64,000 nt of DNA from an uncultured cyanobacterium (GTDB lineage Bacteria; Cyanobacteriota; Cyanobacteriia; Cyanobacteriales; CAWUOF01). This document shows, in pieces, positions 40,488 to 51,283 of this stretch (the stretch's first letter is position 1; each line of letters opens with the position of its first letter). The translations under genes were made by a program, and so were the position numbers. The stretch lies in the NCBI GenBank assembly GCA_963744145.1, contig CAVUSO010000001.1, positions 2,432,001 through 2,496,000 on the forward strand, given 5' to 3'. The notes under the pieces are model-generated. The model was given only the letters and a program-made list of their open reading frames with translations, made no database searches and was not told where the DNA came from.

Positions 40488-43007
40488 ATGCTCCAAACTG
40501 AACAAATTATCCAAGAACGATATCAACTCAAACAACAACTAGGAGATCATGCTAGTCGTCAAACTTGGTTAGTGGAAGATTTAGCTAACCATCACCAGTT
40601 AGCGATCGCCAAATTTTTAGCATTTTGTCCTCAAACTAATTGGGATGAAGTCAAGTTATTTCAGCGAGAAGCACAAATTTTACAACAACTTCAGCATCCC
40701 CATATTCCGAAATACCGAGATTATTTTGCTCTCCCTCAAACCCAGGAGTGGGAATTACCTTGGTTTGTACTAATCCAAGACTATATTCCTGGTAATTCTT
40801 TACAACAGTTATTAAAATCTGGGAAAATCTTCACAGAATCAGAAGCAAAATGGATTGCAGTACAACTATTACAGATATTAATCTACCTACATGAACTGAG
40901 TCCACCTGTTTTACATCGCGATCTTAAACCCAGTAATATTATTTGGGGTAAGGATGAACAAATATATTTAGTAGACTTTGGATCAGTTCAAGAAAAAGCA
41001 AAAGCAGAAGGAGTAACTTTTACCATTGTGGGGACGGATGGTTATGCACCTCCAGAACAACTCTGGGGACGTGCGATCGCATCAAGTGATTTATACGGAT
41101 TAGGAGCAACTTTAATTCATCTCTTAACCGGAATAGCTCCAGGAGATTTACCCCAGGAAAAAATGCAGTTAAAGTTTCTCGATCGGGTAAAATTAAGTTC
41201 CCGTTTTGCTAATTGGATCGAAAAATTAATTGCTCCTGCGATCGAACGACGTTTTCCTCGTGCTAATCAAGCTTTAGCAATTTTAGAAACTATAGATGTG
41301 GTTTATCATGGTGAAGAGATTGGGACGATTAATTCCAGATCAAACAAAAAGTTTAATTATGAAGGAGTAGTTACATTAATTCTAATTCAAGGGATTGTCT
41401 TATTATTGATTATGTTAGCTGGACCATCCTTCAATGCTATGTATTGGGGTGGGTTTGTGGGACAAGGAAGAAGAGATTTAAACTCAATTAATCAAAAACA
41501 GAAAGATTATTACGAAACCCATGGTAAATTCATTGATTCTCTATTTACCACATTTCCTAACTTGAAAGCACATCAAAGAAATTACGATTATTCCAGTTTG
41601 GTCACTCCTTGGGTTACCTATACCTATGGAATTTCACGATGGAATAGTCTTGATAGTCTGGTAGGAGCTAATTTTGTCATCCCAGCTAATTCTGATCAAG
41701 TTCAAGTTATCTCAATTGTTTGTAATTTCAAATCCGATCGTAGTAAAACCTTAGAACCAATGCTCAAGGATGGTTATATTCTATGTCCCCGTGATCATTA
41801 TTCGATTAAGTATAATACTACAGATAATCCAAATTATTCAGAGCAGGTAGAGAAAAATTGGACTTTAGCGCGAGATGCTTTTAATTATACTAGCAATGGT
41901 AAGTTGGAACAAGCTTTAATTGTAGCGCATAGTATTAGTCATCCTTATTTTCAAGCTCTCACTTTAAATAATATCGCGATCGCTCAAGCTCAACAAGGAC
42001 AACTAAATCAAGCTACTACTATTTTCTCTCAAGCTCAACAAGTTGCAGCAGAAATAAAAGATCCAGAGAGTAAAGCATGGGTATTAATTAATCTTGCTAG
42101 TAGCTCTAACTATATGGGGTTAGAATTACTAGCAAATCCGATTTTTTCCGAAACAATTGATTTAGCTAAAACTATTAAAAAATCTAAAATCCAAGCAGCA
42201 ATATTGTCTACGATCACTGACCATTATATAGCTCTAAAACAATATGATTCAGCTCTCAGTGTCGCTGAAATTGTCCCAATTGTAGCCAATAAAACTTTAC
42301 TATTAATTGCGATCGCTCAGGGATATTTAGACCATCAACAAAATCTGCTCGCAAAATCAGTAATCTCCACTGCTCTATCAACTGCTCAATCGATTGAATA
42401 CGCTGATACTCAAGCAAAAATGCTGCTAGAAATAGGTAGCATATATGCTAATTTAGCACAAGCTGATCTAGCAACTAATATATTTGAACAAGCGGTTAAA
42501 GTTGCTCAAAATATTGCTGATAACTCTAGTAAAGCTAGCATTTTAGTCGCGATCGCTAATGCTGCTGCTGAATCGGGGTTTAATTCCCAAGCTGCTCAGA
42601 TTTATACCCAAGGGGTTAAATTAGCTGAAACCTTTTCTAATCGCGAGCAATCTGCTAGATATTATCTTATGTTAGCTAATTTAAAACAACAGGATTTTTA
42701 TCAAAAAAACCACATCTTCGCTAATTTTTTGGAAGAGTTAAACTTCAATAATGTTCCGCAACCAGATCATTATATTTATTCAGTCACTAGCACAGCTCAA
42801 GCAACATTTATCTATGCGATCGCGATCAATCCAAATCAAGATTCCCATTATATTGGAGCTGTATTCTTACCCAATCCAGGTATAAGGGCAAAAATCAGAT
42901 CAATTGTCTGTGAAAGTGAATTAGGAAGTATTAACAATCCCACTGATCAGAATGGAAAACTAACCTGTGGTAATGGGACAAGAGATGTTAGTCAGATTGA
43001 TGATTAG
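40488..43007 (+). CDS. Ser/Thr kinase - TM - pilin-like domain - TPR-like repeats - pilin-like domain
   Basis: HRDLKPSN/DFG/APE; TM; LNSINQKQKDYY...F and LANLKQQDFY...F...SIVC...C (type IV pilin-like G/H) flanking helical repeats. Confidence 0.85.
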   Translation: MLQTEQIIQERYQLKQQLGDHASRQTWLVEDLANHHQLAIAKFLAFCPQTNWDEVKLFQREAQILQQLQHPHIPKYRDYFALPQTQEWELPWFVLIQDYIPGNSLQQLLKSGKIFTESEAKWIAVQLLQILIYLHELSPPVLHRDLKPSNIIWGKDEQIYLVDFGSVQEKAKAEGVTFTIVGTDGYAPPEQLWGRAIASSDLYGLGATLIHLLTGIAPGDLPQEKMQLKFLDRVKLSSRFANWIEKLIAPAIERRFPRANQALAILETIDVVYHGEEIGTINSRSNKKFNYEGVVTLILIQGIVLLLIMLAGPSFNAMYWGGFVGQGRRDLNSINQKQKDYYETHGKFIDSLFTTFPNLKAHQRNYDYSSLVTPWVTYTYGISRWNSLDSLVGANFVIPANSDQVQVISIVCNFKSDRSKTLEPMLKDGYILCPRDHYSIKYNTTDNPNYSEQVEKNWTLARDAFNYTSNGKLEQALIVAHSISHPYFQALTLNNIAIAQAQQGQLNQATTIFSQAQQVAAEIKDPESKAWVLINLASSSNYMGLELLANPIFSETIDLAKTIKKSKIQAAILSTITDHYIALKQYDSALSVAEIVPIVANKTLLLIAIAQGYLDHQQNLLAKSVISTALSTAQSIEYADTQAKMLLEIGSIYANLAQADLATNIFEQAVKVAQNIADNSSKASILVAIANAAAESGFNSQAAQIYTQGVKLAETFSNREQSARYYLMLANLKQQDFYQKNHIFANFLEELNFNNVPQPDHYIYSVTSTAQATFIYAIAINPNQDSHYIGAVFLPNPGIRAKIRSIVCESELGSINNPTDQNGKLTCGNGTRDVSQIDD

Positions 43008-43567
43008 CTAATCTTTCCAGTTCAGTCACAACTCGATCTAACTCTTCAATCAAAGGAGTGGAACCATTTTGCCGAAAAGCTTCTACGAGGGAACGATAAT
43101 ACCAAAGACTACCATCTTTTTTACCTTGAAAACGTTCCCAAACTGCTGATCCAATTACCCGATAATCATAAAGAATTGAACGAGCATTATGGAGTTTATC
43201 AGCAACAGATACTAATAATACCGAGGAGGAAGCAGTAGGAATATGAGCAATATAAGCTTCTTTCCGTTGACTGCCAAGGTGGTTTTGGAGTAGAATCTGT
43301 ATCAGTACAACCATCAACAATAGCAGTAACATTCTCTCCAAAACGACGCAAAATTTCCCCCCGAGCTACGTCACCACCTTGATCTTCTATAGCATCATGA
43401 AGTAAAGCTGCGATCGCTTCATCTTCATTACCACCATTTTCAATCACAATACTGGTGACACCTAATAAGTGAGCAACGTAAGGAATTGTTGTTCCTTTCC
43501 GAGTTTGATTAGCATGGAGTTGAGTCGCAAAAGTTAAAGCTTCAGTAAAACGGTTTGAAAAAATCAT
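42988..43567 (-). pseudogene. HD-domain small alarmone hydrolase-like protein with a +1 frameshift at ~43270
   Basis: HANQTRKG..PYVAH, AALLHDAIED, KPPW in one frame; RKEAY...VSVADKLHN in the next. One extra base in CAG-T-CAA-CGG. Confidence 0.88.
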
Positions 43568-43644
43568 AATTTTCCCGGTACTCATTAGTATATAAACAAT
43601 GATCTTAACCTAGATGAACAGAATTAGTAAATCCCCAGTTTTGC

Positions 43645-44283
43645 TTAACTAGATTTTTTATTTTTGAGCCAGACTCGAAATGATTTAATTAAGCTCATTT
43701 CATCAATTATTTTACTTTGCTCTAGGAATTGATTTAATTCAGTTACTAATAAATTGGGGAAATTGATTGAGCGATCGCTTTGAATATATTGGGTTTCTTT
43801 TAATTGATAGAACTGCAAAATTTGTCCATTGTATCGCCAAAGTTCCGTTACTCCCAATTCTGCATAAATTTGCAATTTATCTATAGAACTACGAGTAATA
43901 TCTATTTCTATAGCTAAATCTGGTGGTGGATCTTTAGTCAGATCGATTTCTCGTTTATCTCTTACTGCTGCTTCATTTTGGATATAATAACAGTTATCCG
44001 GTTCTATAGCAAGTCTGATATCTTCTCGTTTTAAAGTCATTGAACCGCAATTTTTAATTTTGATCTCCAATTCTTCACATAAAACGAAAATAAAGTTAAT
44101 AAATTGGATTTTATAACTTTCGTGTTCGTAAAGTGGTGTCATAATTTCTAGTCTATACCCATCATAAGCAAATCTTGAACATCGAGTTTCACCAGTTTCC
44201 TGTAGTAAAGTTGCCAAAGTTAGCCAACTAATGTTTTCTAGTAAGGTTCTTTGCTCCGTCGGGGTTGAGATTGCGATCGCCAT
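43645..44283 (-). CDS. Uma2 (DUF820) family protein
   Basis: LEIMTP...EPDNCYY...PPPDLAIEIDIT...YAELGV. Confidence 0.92.
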   Translation of the reverse strand: MAIAISTPTEQRTLLENISWLTLATLLQETGETRCSRFAYDGYRLEIMTPLYEHESYKIQFINFIFVLCEELEIKIKNCGSMTLKREDIRLAIEPDNCYYIQNEAAVRDKREIDLTKDPPPDLAIEIDITRSSIDKLQIYAELGVTELWRYNGQILQFYQLKETQYIQSDRSINFPNLLVTELNQFLEQSKIIDEMSLIKSFRVWLKNKKSS

Positions 44284-44496
44284 TTACTTACTCCTTTGAT
44301 TCCTATTTTAAATCAACTGAACAAAGAACACCACACCTTACCTAGTGATTATGATTTTTGGTGCCGCGCATCATCCTTATATCCAAGTATCAGCAAAGTA
44401 AAAAATCCATTCTATTACAGCGTATGACCGATTGGTGAAGTATATCATTGTTGTCTGACCATCAAGATTAAATTAGATGATCAAAATAGATGGTCG

Positions 44497-44605
44497 ATGA
44501 ATTGATGATCACAATCAACCAGGATTTGTAGGGGCGGGTTCACCGCTGAATCTGCCACACACAAATAACTATAATGAACCCGCCCACCCCCACAGATCAC
44601 CTGAA
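44497..44605. repeat. GTAGGGGCGGGTTCACC REP-like element
   Basis: Matches the 10174-10450 copies. Confidence 0.8.
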
Positions 44606-44680
44606 TCAACTCACCCCATCTAACATCACAGACAAAATTAATTATTTCTGGTAAGCGATCGTGATTAAGTAAGATCCAAT

Positions 44681-44895
44681 CAAGCAGTTTGCAACATGGT
44701 TACAGCACCTGCTCGATCTCCTTGTTCTAATTTTATCTCTGCTAACTGAGTTTGTCGATATTTCGCTAAAGCTAATATATATTGTTGTACCTCTGCATCT
44801 TGAATTGGTTGATAATTCCGGCTCACATTTGCTTCAAATGGAACAATTTGTGATCATAAACCTTCCTGATTGCTCCCAGGATCATCATAGCGAAT
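44681..44895 (-). pseudogene. Orphan fragment resembling the C-terminal part of a cyanobacterial vWA-domain protein
   Basis: RYDDPGSNQEGL*SQIVPFEANV...VQQYILALAKYRQTQLAEIKLEQGDRAGAVTMLQTA*; internal stop, no start. Confidence 0.6.
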
Positions 44896-45079
44896 TTATA
44901 CCCCCTTTAATCGCCTAGAAGTTCCCACAAATTAGGTAATTGTTTTAGTCCCCGACAGAGAACCTTGCTAGGGATTAAACCTGATTATTATATTACTCAA
45001 ATTGATATTTTTTACCTATTTTTTTGATAACTAAATTTTAGAAATTTCTTAAACTTAAGTTAAATAAAATTCATAAACT

Positions 45080-45093
45080 TTGACTTAAATTAA
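45080..45093 (+). promoter_or_regulatory. Possible FNR/CRP-family box upstream of hcp
   Basis: TTGAC-TTAA-ATTAA versus consensus TTGAT-N4-ATCAA (8 of 10 positions). Confidence 0.4.
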
Positions 45094-45158
45094 TGCTTTT
45101 ATTTAGTGATTCGCTCTAAAATAAAAACCATAAATAAACCACAGAGGAAGATAGAATT

Positions 45159-46805
45159 ATGTTTTGTGAACAATGCGAACAAACTGCCAGTGGACAAGGA
45201 TGTCACCAATGGGGTGCTTGTGGCAAAAGTCCGGAAGTTAATGCGGTTCAAGACTTATTAATTCATTGCTTACGTGGACTTGCACCAGTTGCGATCGCAG
45301 CGCGTCAGTTAGGAATTTCTACCCATAAGATAGATGTCTTTACTAGCGAAGTTCTATTTGCAACAATGACGAATGTGAATTTTAACCGCAAAAGTTTTGT
45401 GGAATATGTTCATCAAGCGATCGACCTACGAGAAGACTTAAAAAAACAAGTTCAGCAAACCAGTAATACACCGATTCAATGGTCTACCCTGACTAATTTT
45501 GTACCTGACTTTGAGTCAGATTTAACAGAGCAAGGTAAGGAAGTTTCTTATCAGTTTATCAGTCAATCTGGCAACGATGTAGATATTTTTTCGCTGAAAC
45601 TCACAGTTCTTTATGGTCTAAAAGGGTTAGCTGCGTATAGTTTTCACGCTTTAGAATTAGGTCAAGAGGATCAACAAGTTTATGACTTTTATTATCAAGC
45701 ATTAGCTGCGCTCGATCGCCAGGATCTTAGTTTAGATGATTGGATCAAGTTAGCACTCAAAGTTGGTGAAATTAACCTCCGTTCGATGGAACTTCTGGAC
45801 GCAGGTCATACCACTACCTACGGTCATCCAGTTCCGACCATAGTACCTTTAAATGCGAAAAAAGGTAAAGCGATCCTAGTATCGGGACATGATATTCAAC
45901 AATTAGCCATATTGCTCGAACAAACAAAAGATACTGGCATAATTGTCTATACTCATGGTGAACTATTACCAGCACATGGTTATCCCAAATTAAAAGAGAA
46001 ATATCCTCATCTTTATGGTCACTATGGCACAGCTTGGCAAAATCAAACTAAGGAATTTCCTAAATTTCCCGGTGCGATCGTGCTGACTACAAATTGCCTT
46101 ATGCCCCCCCATGAACACTATGAGGAAAAACTATTTACTCTCGGACCAGTAAATTGGCCCGGTCTGATTCATTTAAGTGTCAAAGATGGGGTTGTTGATT
46201 TTACACCAGTAATTGAAAAAGCATTATCTTTACCTGGATTTGATCATGATGAAGCACCCCGGAGCGTAATGACGGGTTTTGCTCGGAATGCTGTATTAAA
46301 TGTAGCCGATGAAGTCATTGAATCCGTCAAAAATGGCAAAATTCGACACTTCTTTTTAGTCGGTGGTTGTGATGGTGCTAAACCCGATCGCAATTACTAT
46401 ACTGAATTTGTCGAAAAAGTACCAGATGATTGCATTGTGTTGACCTTAGCTTGTGGAAAATTCCGCTTTTTTGACAAACAATTGGGAAGTATTGGTCATA
46501 TTCCACGTTTGATGGATGTTGGTCAATGTAATGATGCTTATTCTGCGATTCAAATTGCGCTGGGATTAGCTCAAGCATTTAACGTCGGTGTGAATGAATT
46601 ACCCCTATCGATGATTATTTCTTGGTATGAACAAAAAGCAGTTGCGGTTTTGTTAACTTTACTTTATTTGGGAATTAAAGATATCCGCTTAGGTCCAACC
46701 TTACCAGCTTTTATTTCCCCCAATGTGTTTAAGTTTCTCTCGGAAACTTATCATCTCAAACCCATTGCTACCCCCGATGAAGATTTAGCTGCTTGTTTGG
46801 CTTAA
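45159..46805 (+). CDS. hcp: Hybrid cluster protein (hydroxylamine/NO reductase)
   Basis: MFCEQCEQTA...GACGK, YTHGELLP, TTNC, GGCDG, GQCNDAY, SWYEQKA. Confidence 0.97.
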   Translation: MFCEQCEQTASGQGCHQWGACGKSPEVNAVQDLLIHCLRGLAPVAIAARQLGISTHKIDVFTSEVLFATMTNVNFNRKSFVEYVHQAIDLREDLKKQVQQTSNTPIQWSTLTNFVPDFESDLTEQGKEVSYQFISQSGNDVDIFSLKLTVLYGLKGLAAYSFHALELGQEDQQVYDFYYQALAALDRQDLSLDDWIKLALKVGEINLRSMELLDAGHTTTYGHPVPTIVPLNAKKGKAILVSGHDIQQLAILLEQTKDTGIIVYTHGELLPAHGYPKLKEKYPHLYGHYGTAWQNQTKEFPKFPGAIVLTTNCLMPPHEHYEEKLFTLGPVNWPGLIHLSVKDGVVDFTPVIEKALSLPGFDHDEAPRSVMTGFARNAVLNVADEVIESVKNGKIRHFFLVGGCDGAKPDRNYYTEFVEKVPDDCIVLTLACGKFRFFDKQLGSIGHIPRLMDVGQCNDAYSAIQIALGLAQAFNVGVNELPLSMIISWYEQKAVAVLLTLLYLGIKDIRLGPTLPAFISPNVFKFLSETYHLKPIATPDEDLAACLA

Positions 46806-46854
46806 TCCTAAGAATTAATTAGCCGATCGCTTAGTGCCAAAATCCCACAAAAGT

Positions 46855-46990
46855 AAACACCCCAGCCAATCCCTGGGGTGTAATTTTGGGAGAAATTCAA
46901 TTTACTTAAAATTAAGCGACTACTCAACAGATGTCAAAACTTAGCTAATGGCGATCGCCAACAAGGGCTTTTTGTTTTTTACCTTATGTA
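46855..46990 (-). ncRNA. Candidate HLR1-controlled small RNA (remnant of a psb34 paralogue)
   Basis: Promoter at 46986-47023, no ORF, terminator ACACCCCAG...CTGGGGTGT at ~46857-46881. Confidence 0.4.
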
Positions 46991-47023
46991 AACTAATGTA
47001 ACGTTATTTTTACAAAATGTCAA
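46986..47023 (-). promoter_or_regulatory. Sigma70 promoter with an HLR1 (RpaB) site
   Basis: TTGACA-N17-TACATT overlapping GTTACATT-AG-TTTACATA. Confidence 0.75.
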
Positions 47024-47396
47024 TAGCTCAGAGGCATTAATCCTATAAATATTTGTTTTAGCTGATATAGCTAATTAATATAGTAAGCCGATGATAATAG
47101 GGATGAAGGAAATAGTGAACTATCAATAGTAGTCGCTTAAAAATAAAAACCCCAGCAGTATGTGGGTAGCTGGGGAGAAATGGATAAATCTAGGTTAGGT
47201 TAATATCAAACGTCCTGGCTGTTTGCATAATTACATTTTGCTGGGTTAATTAGCATATTAATTTAGCCGGGATCAGGTTTGAGGTTTTAGTTAATAGAGA
47301 TATTAAAAAATTAACACCCCAGGAATTACCTGAAGTGTACAGGAAGGAAGAATTTTGATGGGTTGAAACTTATACTAATACTGAGAATGCGGCATC

Positions 47397-47564
47397 CTAG
47401 CTAATGGCAACTGCGAATAAAATTAGAGCTGTGATAAATAGAACAGCTATTCCACCTTGGAGCAGATAACGCTGTTGTTGTTCGGGTGATGGGTACTGGG
47501 CGTAATAAATAGGGGACTCATCAGGGGAGTTGCTGCTTTGACCTTGTTCGTTTAGGGTTTTCAT
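47397..47564 (-). CDS. psb34: Psb34 / Ssl1498-family PSII assembly microprotein (55 aa)
   Basis: MKTLNEQG...PIYYAQYPSPEQQQRYLLQGGIAVLFITALILFAVAIS; AGGAG RBS; missed by the ORF track. Confidence 0.85.
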   Translation of the reverse strand: MKTLNEQGQSSNSPDESPIYYAQYPSPEQQQRYLLQGGIAVLFITALILFAVAIS

Positions 47565-47587
47565 TTGTGATCTCCTATTTCTTACTT

Positions 47588-47625
47588 TATGTAAATAAAT
47601 GTAACATCATTTGGAAACAATGTCA
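47588..47625 (-). promoter_or_regulatory. psb34 promoter with an HLR1 (RpaB) site
   Basis: TTGACA-N17-TACATT overlapping GTTACATT-TA-TTTACATA. Confidence 0.8.
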
Positions 47626-47834
47626 AGAAGTTTCAATATTTATGGTATCAGCATTCCTTTTAGGGTTGATAGGTTTAAGTAATCGGGTCACCTAAATTCC
47701 ATGCTGGCCATGTCAAAGTATTTTTACTTATCCCAGTCCGGAAATGAGTGTTTCGCTACTTAAAAAAAAATTTGCGAAAATTTCTGCGTGAGTATGATAG
47801 AATCTCTAAAAAGCAATATACTTCAACGAACAGC

Positions 47835-48224
47835 ATGATTGCGACCCAAAATGCACCTGTTAAAACTAGAAGTGTTGACGAGTTAATAGAGACCTTTAAT
47901 AAAATTAGAACTTTATACACTGTTCAAGAACCACTCGAAACCCTCAAGTTGTTCATTGAAGAGGAATCTTTAGCACCTTTAATTATTGAAGGCTATAGCA
48001 AAATTCGGACAGTGTTTCCTACGGAAAGGTTAGCTTTAGAGATTAGACCCGATCCAGAAATTGTCGGTTGGAGACCTTTGTGGCTGATTATCTATACCAA
48101 TCTGGAAGTGGATGAAGCATTAGAGAAGTTAAACATCATTGACGATCATTGGTGGTTAGAAGCTATGATTCAGGTCAGTAATAAGTTACATATTAATATA
48201 GATTGGGAAGGAGATGCGATTTGA
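47835..48224 (+). CDS. Hypothetical protein, probable partner (antitoxin) of the HEPN gene
   Basis: Overlaps the HEPN gene; ...EALEKLNIIDDHWW C-terminus. Confidence 0.6.
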   Translation: MIATQNAPVKTRSVDELIETFNKIRTLYTVQEPLETLKLFIEEESLAPLIIEGYSKIRTVFPTERLALEIRPDPEIVGWRPLWLIIYTNLEVDEALEKLNIIDDHWWLEAMIQVSNKLHINIDWEGDAI

Positions 48225-48630
48225 TTGGTCTGAATATCTGAATATAGCCCGGGAAATAGCTGCGTTACCGAGTGATAATGCAGCTATTGATGAAGCAAGA
48301 ATGCGCTCGGCTGTCAGTAGAGCGTATTATGCAGTCTTTTGTTTAGCCAGGAATTATTTACGAGATATTCAAAAAGACCCCCGACTAGCTCATTATAAAA
48401 TCTACGATTTAAATGAGCATAAATATGTCGCTGAAGAATTTATTTACAATCAATTTCATAATAAAAAAATGATCAAGATTGGTGAAAAATTAAGCCGATT
48501 AAGAGATTTTAGAAATAAAGCTGATTATGCTGATGTGATATTTAATGTCAGGAGAGATGTGAATAATGCTTTAAATATAGCTGAAGCAATTATGAAATTA
48601 TTAAATGAACTGCGAGAAGAAAATCAATAG
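48214..48630 (+). CDS. HEPN-domain protein (putative toxin)
   Basis: MRFDWSEYL, RSAVSRAYYA, LRDFRNKADY. Confidence 0.85.
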   Translation: MRFDWSEYLNIAREIAALPSDNAAIDEARMRSAVSRAYYAVFCLARNYLRDIQKDPRLAHYKIYDLNEHKYVAEEFIYNQFHNKKMIKIGEKLSRLRDFRNKADYADVIFNVRRDVNNALNIAEAIMKLLNELREENQ

Positions 48631-48745
48631 TCTGATGATCTGACAGACCAGATGTAGACAGACAAGATGTCTGTCCCACCCACCAGAACCAAGGACTTTT
48701 GTGGGACAGTCATCTTGACTGTCCTAGTTATTTTGGCTTTCTGGT

Positions 48746-50791
48746 CTAATGTTTAGCTAAGATTCTCTTCGATAAAGTTTCCGGAACTTCTTGGAGATGA
48801 TCAAAACTCCAATTAAAGAAACCGACCCCAACAGTAAGCGATCGCAATTCCACAATTAAATCTTGCATTTCTGCTTGGGGAATATAAGCAGATACCTGAT
48901 CCCATTCTTTCCAATCTGCGATCGGCTCATACCCCAAAATCTGACCACGACGACCAGTGACTAATTGCAACATTTTCGAGGTAAAAGTATTTGGTGCAGA
49001 AATTGTCACCGTTGCGATCGGTTCTAGGAGAACTGATTCACATTTTTCCATCCCCTCTTGCATCGCGATCCGAGCTGCTTGCTTAAATGCTTGTTCTGAA
49101 CTATCAACATTATGATAAGAACCTTTGGTTAAAGTTACAGCAATATCAACGACAGGAAAACCCAATGGACCTTGGGCTAAATATTCCCTGACACCCATTT
49201 CTACTCCAGGGATATACTGTTTGGGGACAACACCACCAACAATAGTTTCTTGGAAATTAAACCCTTCTCCTCGTGACAAAGGTTTAATATTCAGATAAAC
49301 ATCCCCAAATTGTCCATGTCCACCACTTTGGTGTTTGTATCTTCCGTGAATTTCCGATACAGATTTACGGATCGTTTCTTTGTAAGCAACTTGGGGTAAA
49401 TTAGTTACCATTGGTAAATTATATTTGCGACGTAACCGATCTAGAGCAACCTTGAGGTGAATTTCTCCCTGACCCCAAAGAATCACTTCATGGGTATCTC
49501 CATGTTGTTCCCAAGTCAGGGAAGGATCTTCTTCAATCAGTTTAGCGATCGCGGCACTAATTTTGACTTCATCATTGCGCTTTTCCGGAGCGATCGCTAA
49601 AGCAAAGACCGGAGACAATTGTGCTGTTTTCCGCAACTTAGTAGTTAATGTTGCACCATTACCAGTAGTGAGGATATCTCCAGTTTTAATTCCTTCCAAA
49701 CGTCCTAAAGCGACAATTTCTCCAGCTTCTGCTGATTGTAAAGATTGGGTTTGTTGACCCATCAAGCGATACAAACCACCAGCACGAACACCATTGAGGA
49801 TCGTACCATCGGTTAACTTACCTTGCCAAACTCTGACTAAAGACAGCTTACCACCTTGAGGATTATAATAAGTTTTGATCACTTGGGCGATCGTCTCTGT
49901 ACCTGTGAACGCACCACGATGTTCCACCGTCGTTTCTGGAGTAGGTGCTTCTCGGAGCAAAGCATTGAGCAAAGGTCGAACTCCATAATCTTGTTCAGCA
50001 ATGCCAAAAAAGACTGGTACAATTAAATCCGCACCCAATTCCATTTTTAAGTCTTGGATAATTTCGTCTGAAGATGGATTAATTTCTTCTAAAAGTTCTT
50101 CGAGGAGATGATCATCAAAATTAGCTAACTCTTCTAACATTTGCGATCGCGCTTGTTGCTCTTGGGTTTGGAGCGATGCTGGTAAGGGAACGGGATCAGC
50201 TGGTGCTCCAGGATGATAATGATAAGCTTGTTCACTGACTAAATCAATAAAACCAACGATTTTATCTCCTTGACTAATGGGATATTGATGTGGTATAATT
50301 GGACGACTCGAAACAGATTTAAGTGCATTCAATAAATTAATGTAGTTAGTTGCACAATTGTTTTCATCTGTACCGCTCCGATCCATTTTGTTAATAAAAA
50401 CTAAATGGGGAATTTCCCAATCATCTAGAAATTTAAACAAGGGAGCAAGGGTTAGCATCTTCCCACTATCACTTTCGCACACTACAACTGCTGCATCTAC
50501 TCCAATTAAGACATTGAGCGATTCTTGAGCAAATTCAATGGAACCAGGACAGTCTAGAAAAGTGAAACGTACATCTTCATATTCTGCACTAGCAAGATTC
50601 ACTTCCACTGTCATTTGGCGATCGCGAGCTTCTGGGGAACTATCACCCACCGTATTGCCATCTTTAATACTACCTTTGCGGGTAATTGCTTTGGTGACAA
50701 ACAGCAAACTTTCTAGTAATGTGGTTTTACCACTTAAATAGGGACCAACAATCGCGACATTTCGCGTACCTGAAATGGTTTTTTGACTCAT
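48746..50791 (-). CDS. Elongation factor G-like protein (EF-G2)
   Basis: GPYLSGKTT, DCPG, NKMD, GQGEIHL, HQSGGHGQFG. Confidence 0.92.
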   Translation of the reverse strand: MSQKTISGTRNVAIVGPYLSGKTTLLESLLFVTKAITRKGSIKDGNTVGDSSPEARDRQMTVEVNLASAEYEDVRFTFLDCPGSIEFAQESLNVLIGVDAAVVVCESDSGKMLTLAPLFKFLDDWEIPHLVFINKMDRSGTDENNCATNYINLLNALKSVSSRPIIPHQYPISQGDKIVGFIDLVSEQAYHYHPGAPADPVPLPASLQTQEQQARSQMLEELANFDDHLLEELLEEINPSSDEIIQDLKMELGADLIVPVFFGIAEQDYGVRPLLNALLREAPTPETTVEHRGAFTGTETIAQVIKTYYNPQGGKLSLVRVWQGKLTDGTILNGVRAGGLYRLMGQQTQSLQSAEAGEIVALGRLEGIKTGDILTTGNGATLTTKLRKTAQLSPVFALAIAPEKRNDEVKISAAIAKLIEEDPSLTWEQHGDTHEVILWGQGEIHLKVALDRLRRKYNLPMVTNLPQVAYKETIRKSVSEIHGRYKHQSGGHGQFGDVYLNIKPLSRGEGFNFQETIVGGVVPKQYIPGVEMGVREYLAQGPLGFPVVDIAVTLTKGSYHNVDSSEQAFKQAARIAMQEGMEKCESVLLEPIATVTISAPNTFTSKMLQLVTGRRGQILGYEPIADWKEWDQVSAYIPQAEMQDLIVELRSLTVGVGFFNWSFDHLQEVPETLSKRILAKH

Positions 50792-51283
50792 AGCTTTTTC
50801 CCGAACTAAAAATAATTCCAGTCGATTGACGCTTGAGCAGCTTCGAGGGATTTTCCACGTTCAGCTTTCCCGGTCAATAATCCTTGTATAGGGTCTGGAT
50901 TTCTCATGTTGAGATTATCTCATTTTCGCCTTGAGTTAATAAATCTTTTAGCTTCTCTTAATCAAAAAATTAACTTACATTAAAAATTATAAATAATTAT
51001 TGGTTAATTGTACTAATGGTCAAATATATGTTAAAGCAACTAACTTGTAGATAAAATTAATGGGTGAAAATTGGTGGTGCGCGATCGGGATCACAAATTT
51101 AAACCATAGTCCATCACCGCAGTAAGGTTCACTCGGTCACTCAAAGAAAAGAATTAAATCACATCTTGACGGAGACACTGATCAATGATCAGCGTCGATC
51201 GGATCACATTTGATCAAAGAGTTAAATCACGGTCAACGGTTAGTAAATGCTTGATATTAAAGGTATTGAGTTCTATCAAACTA

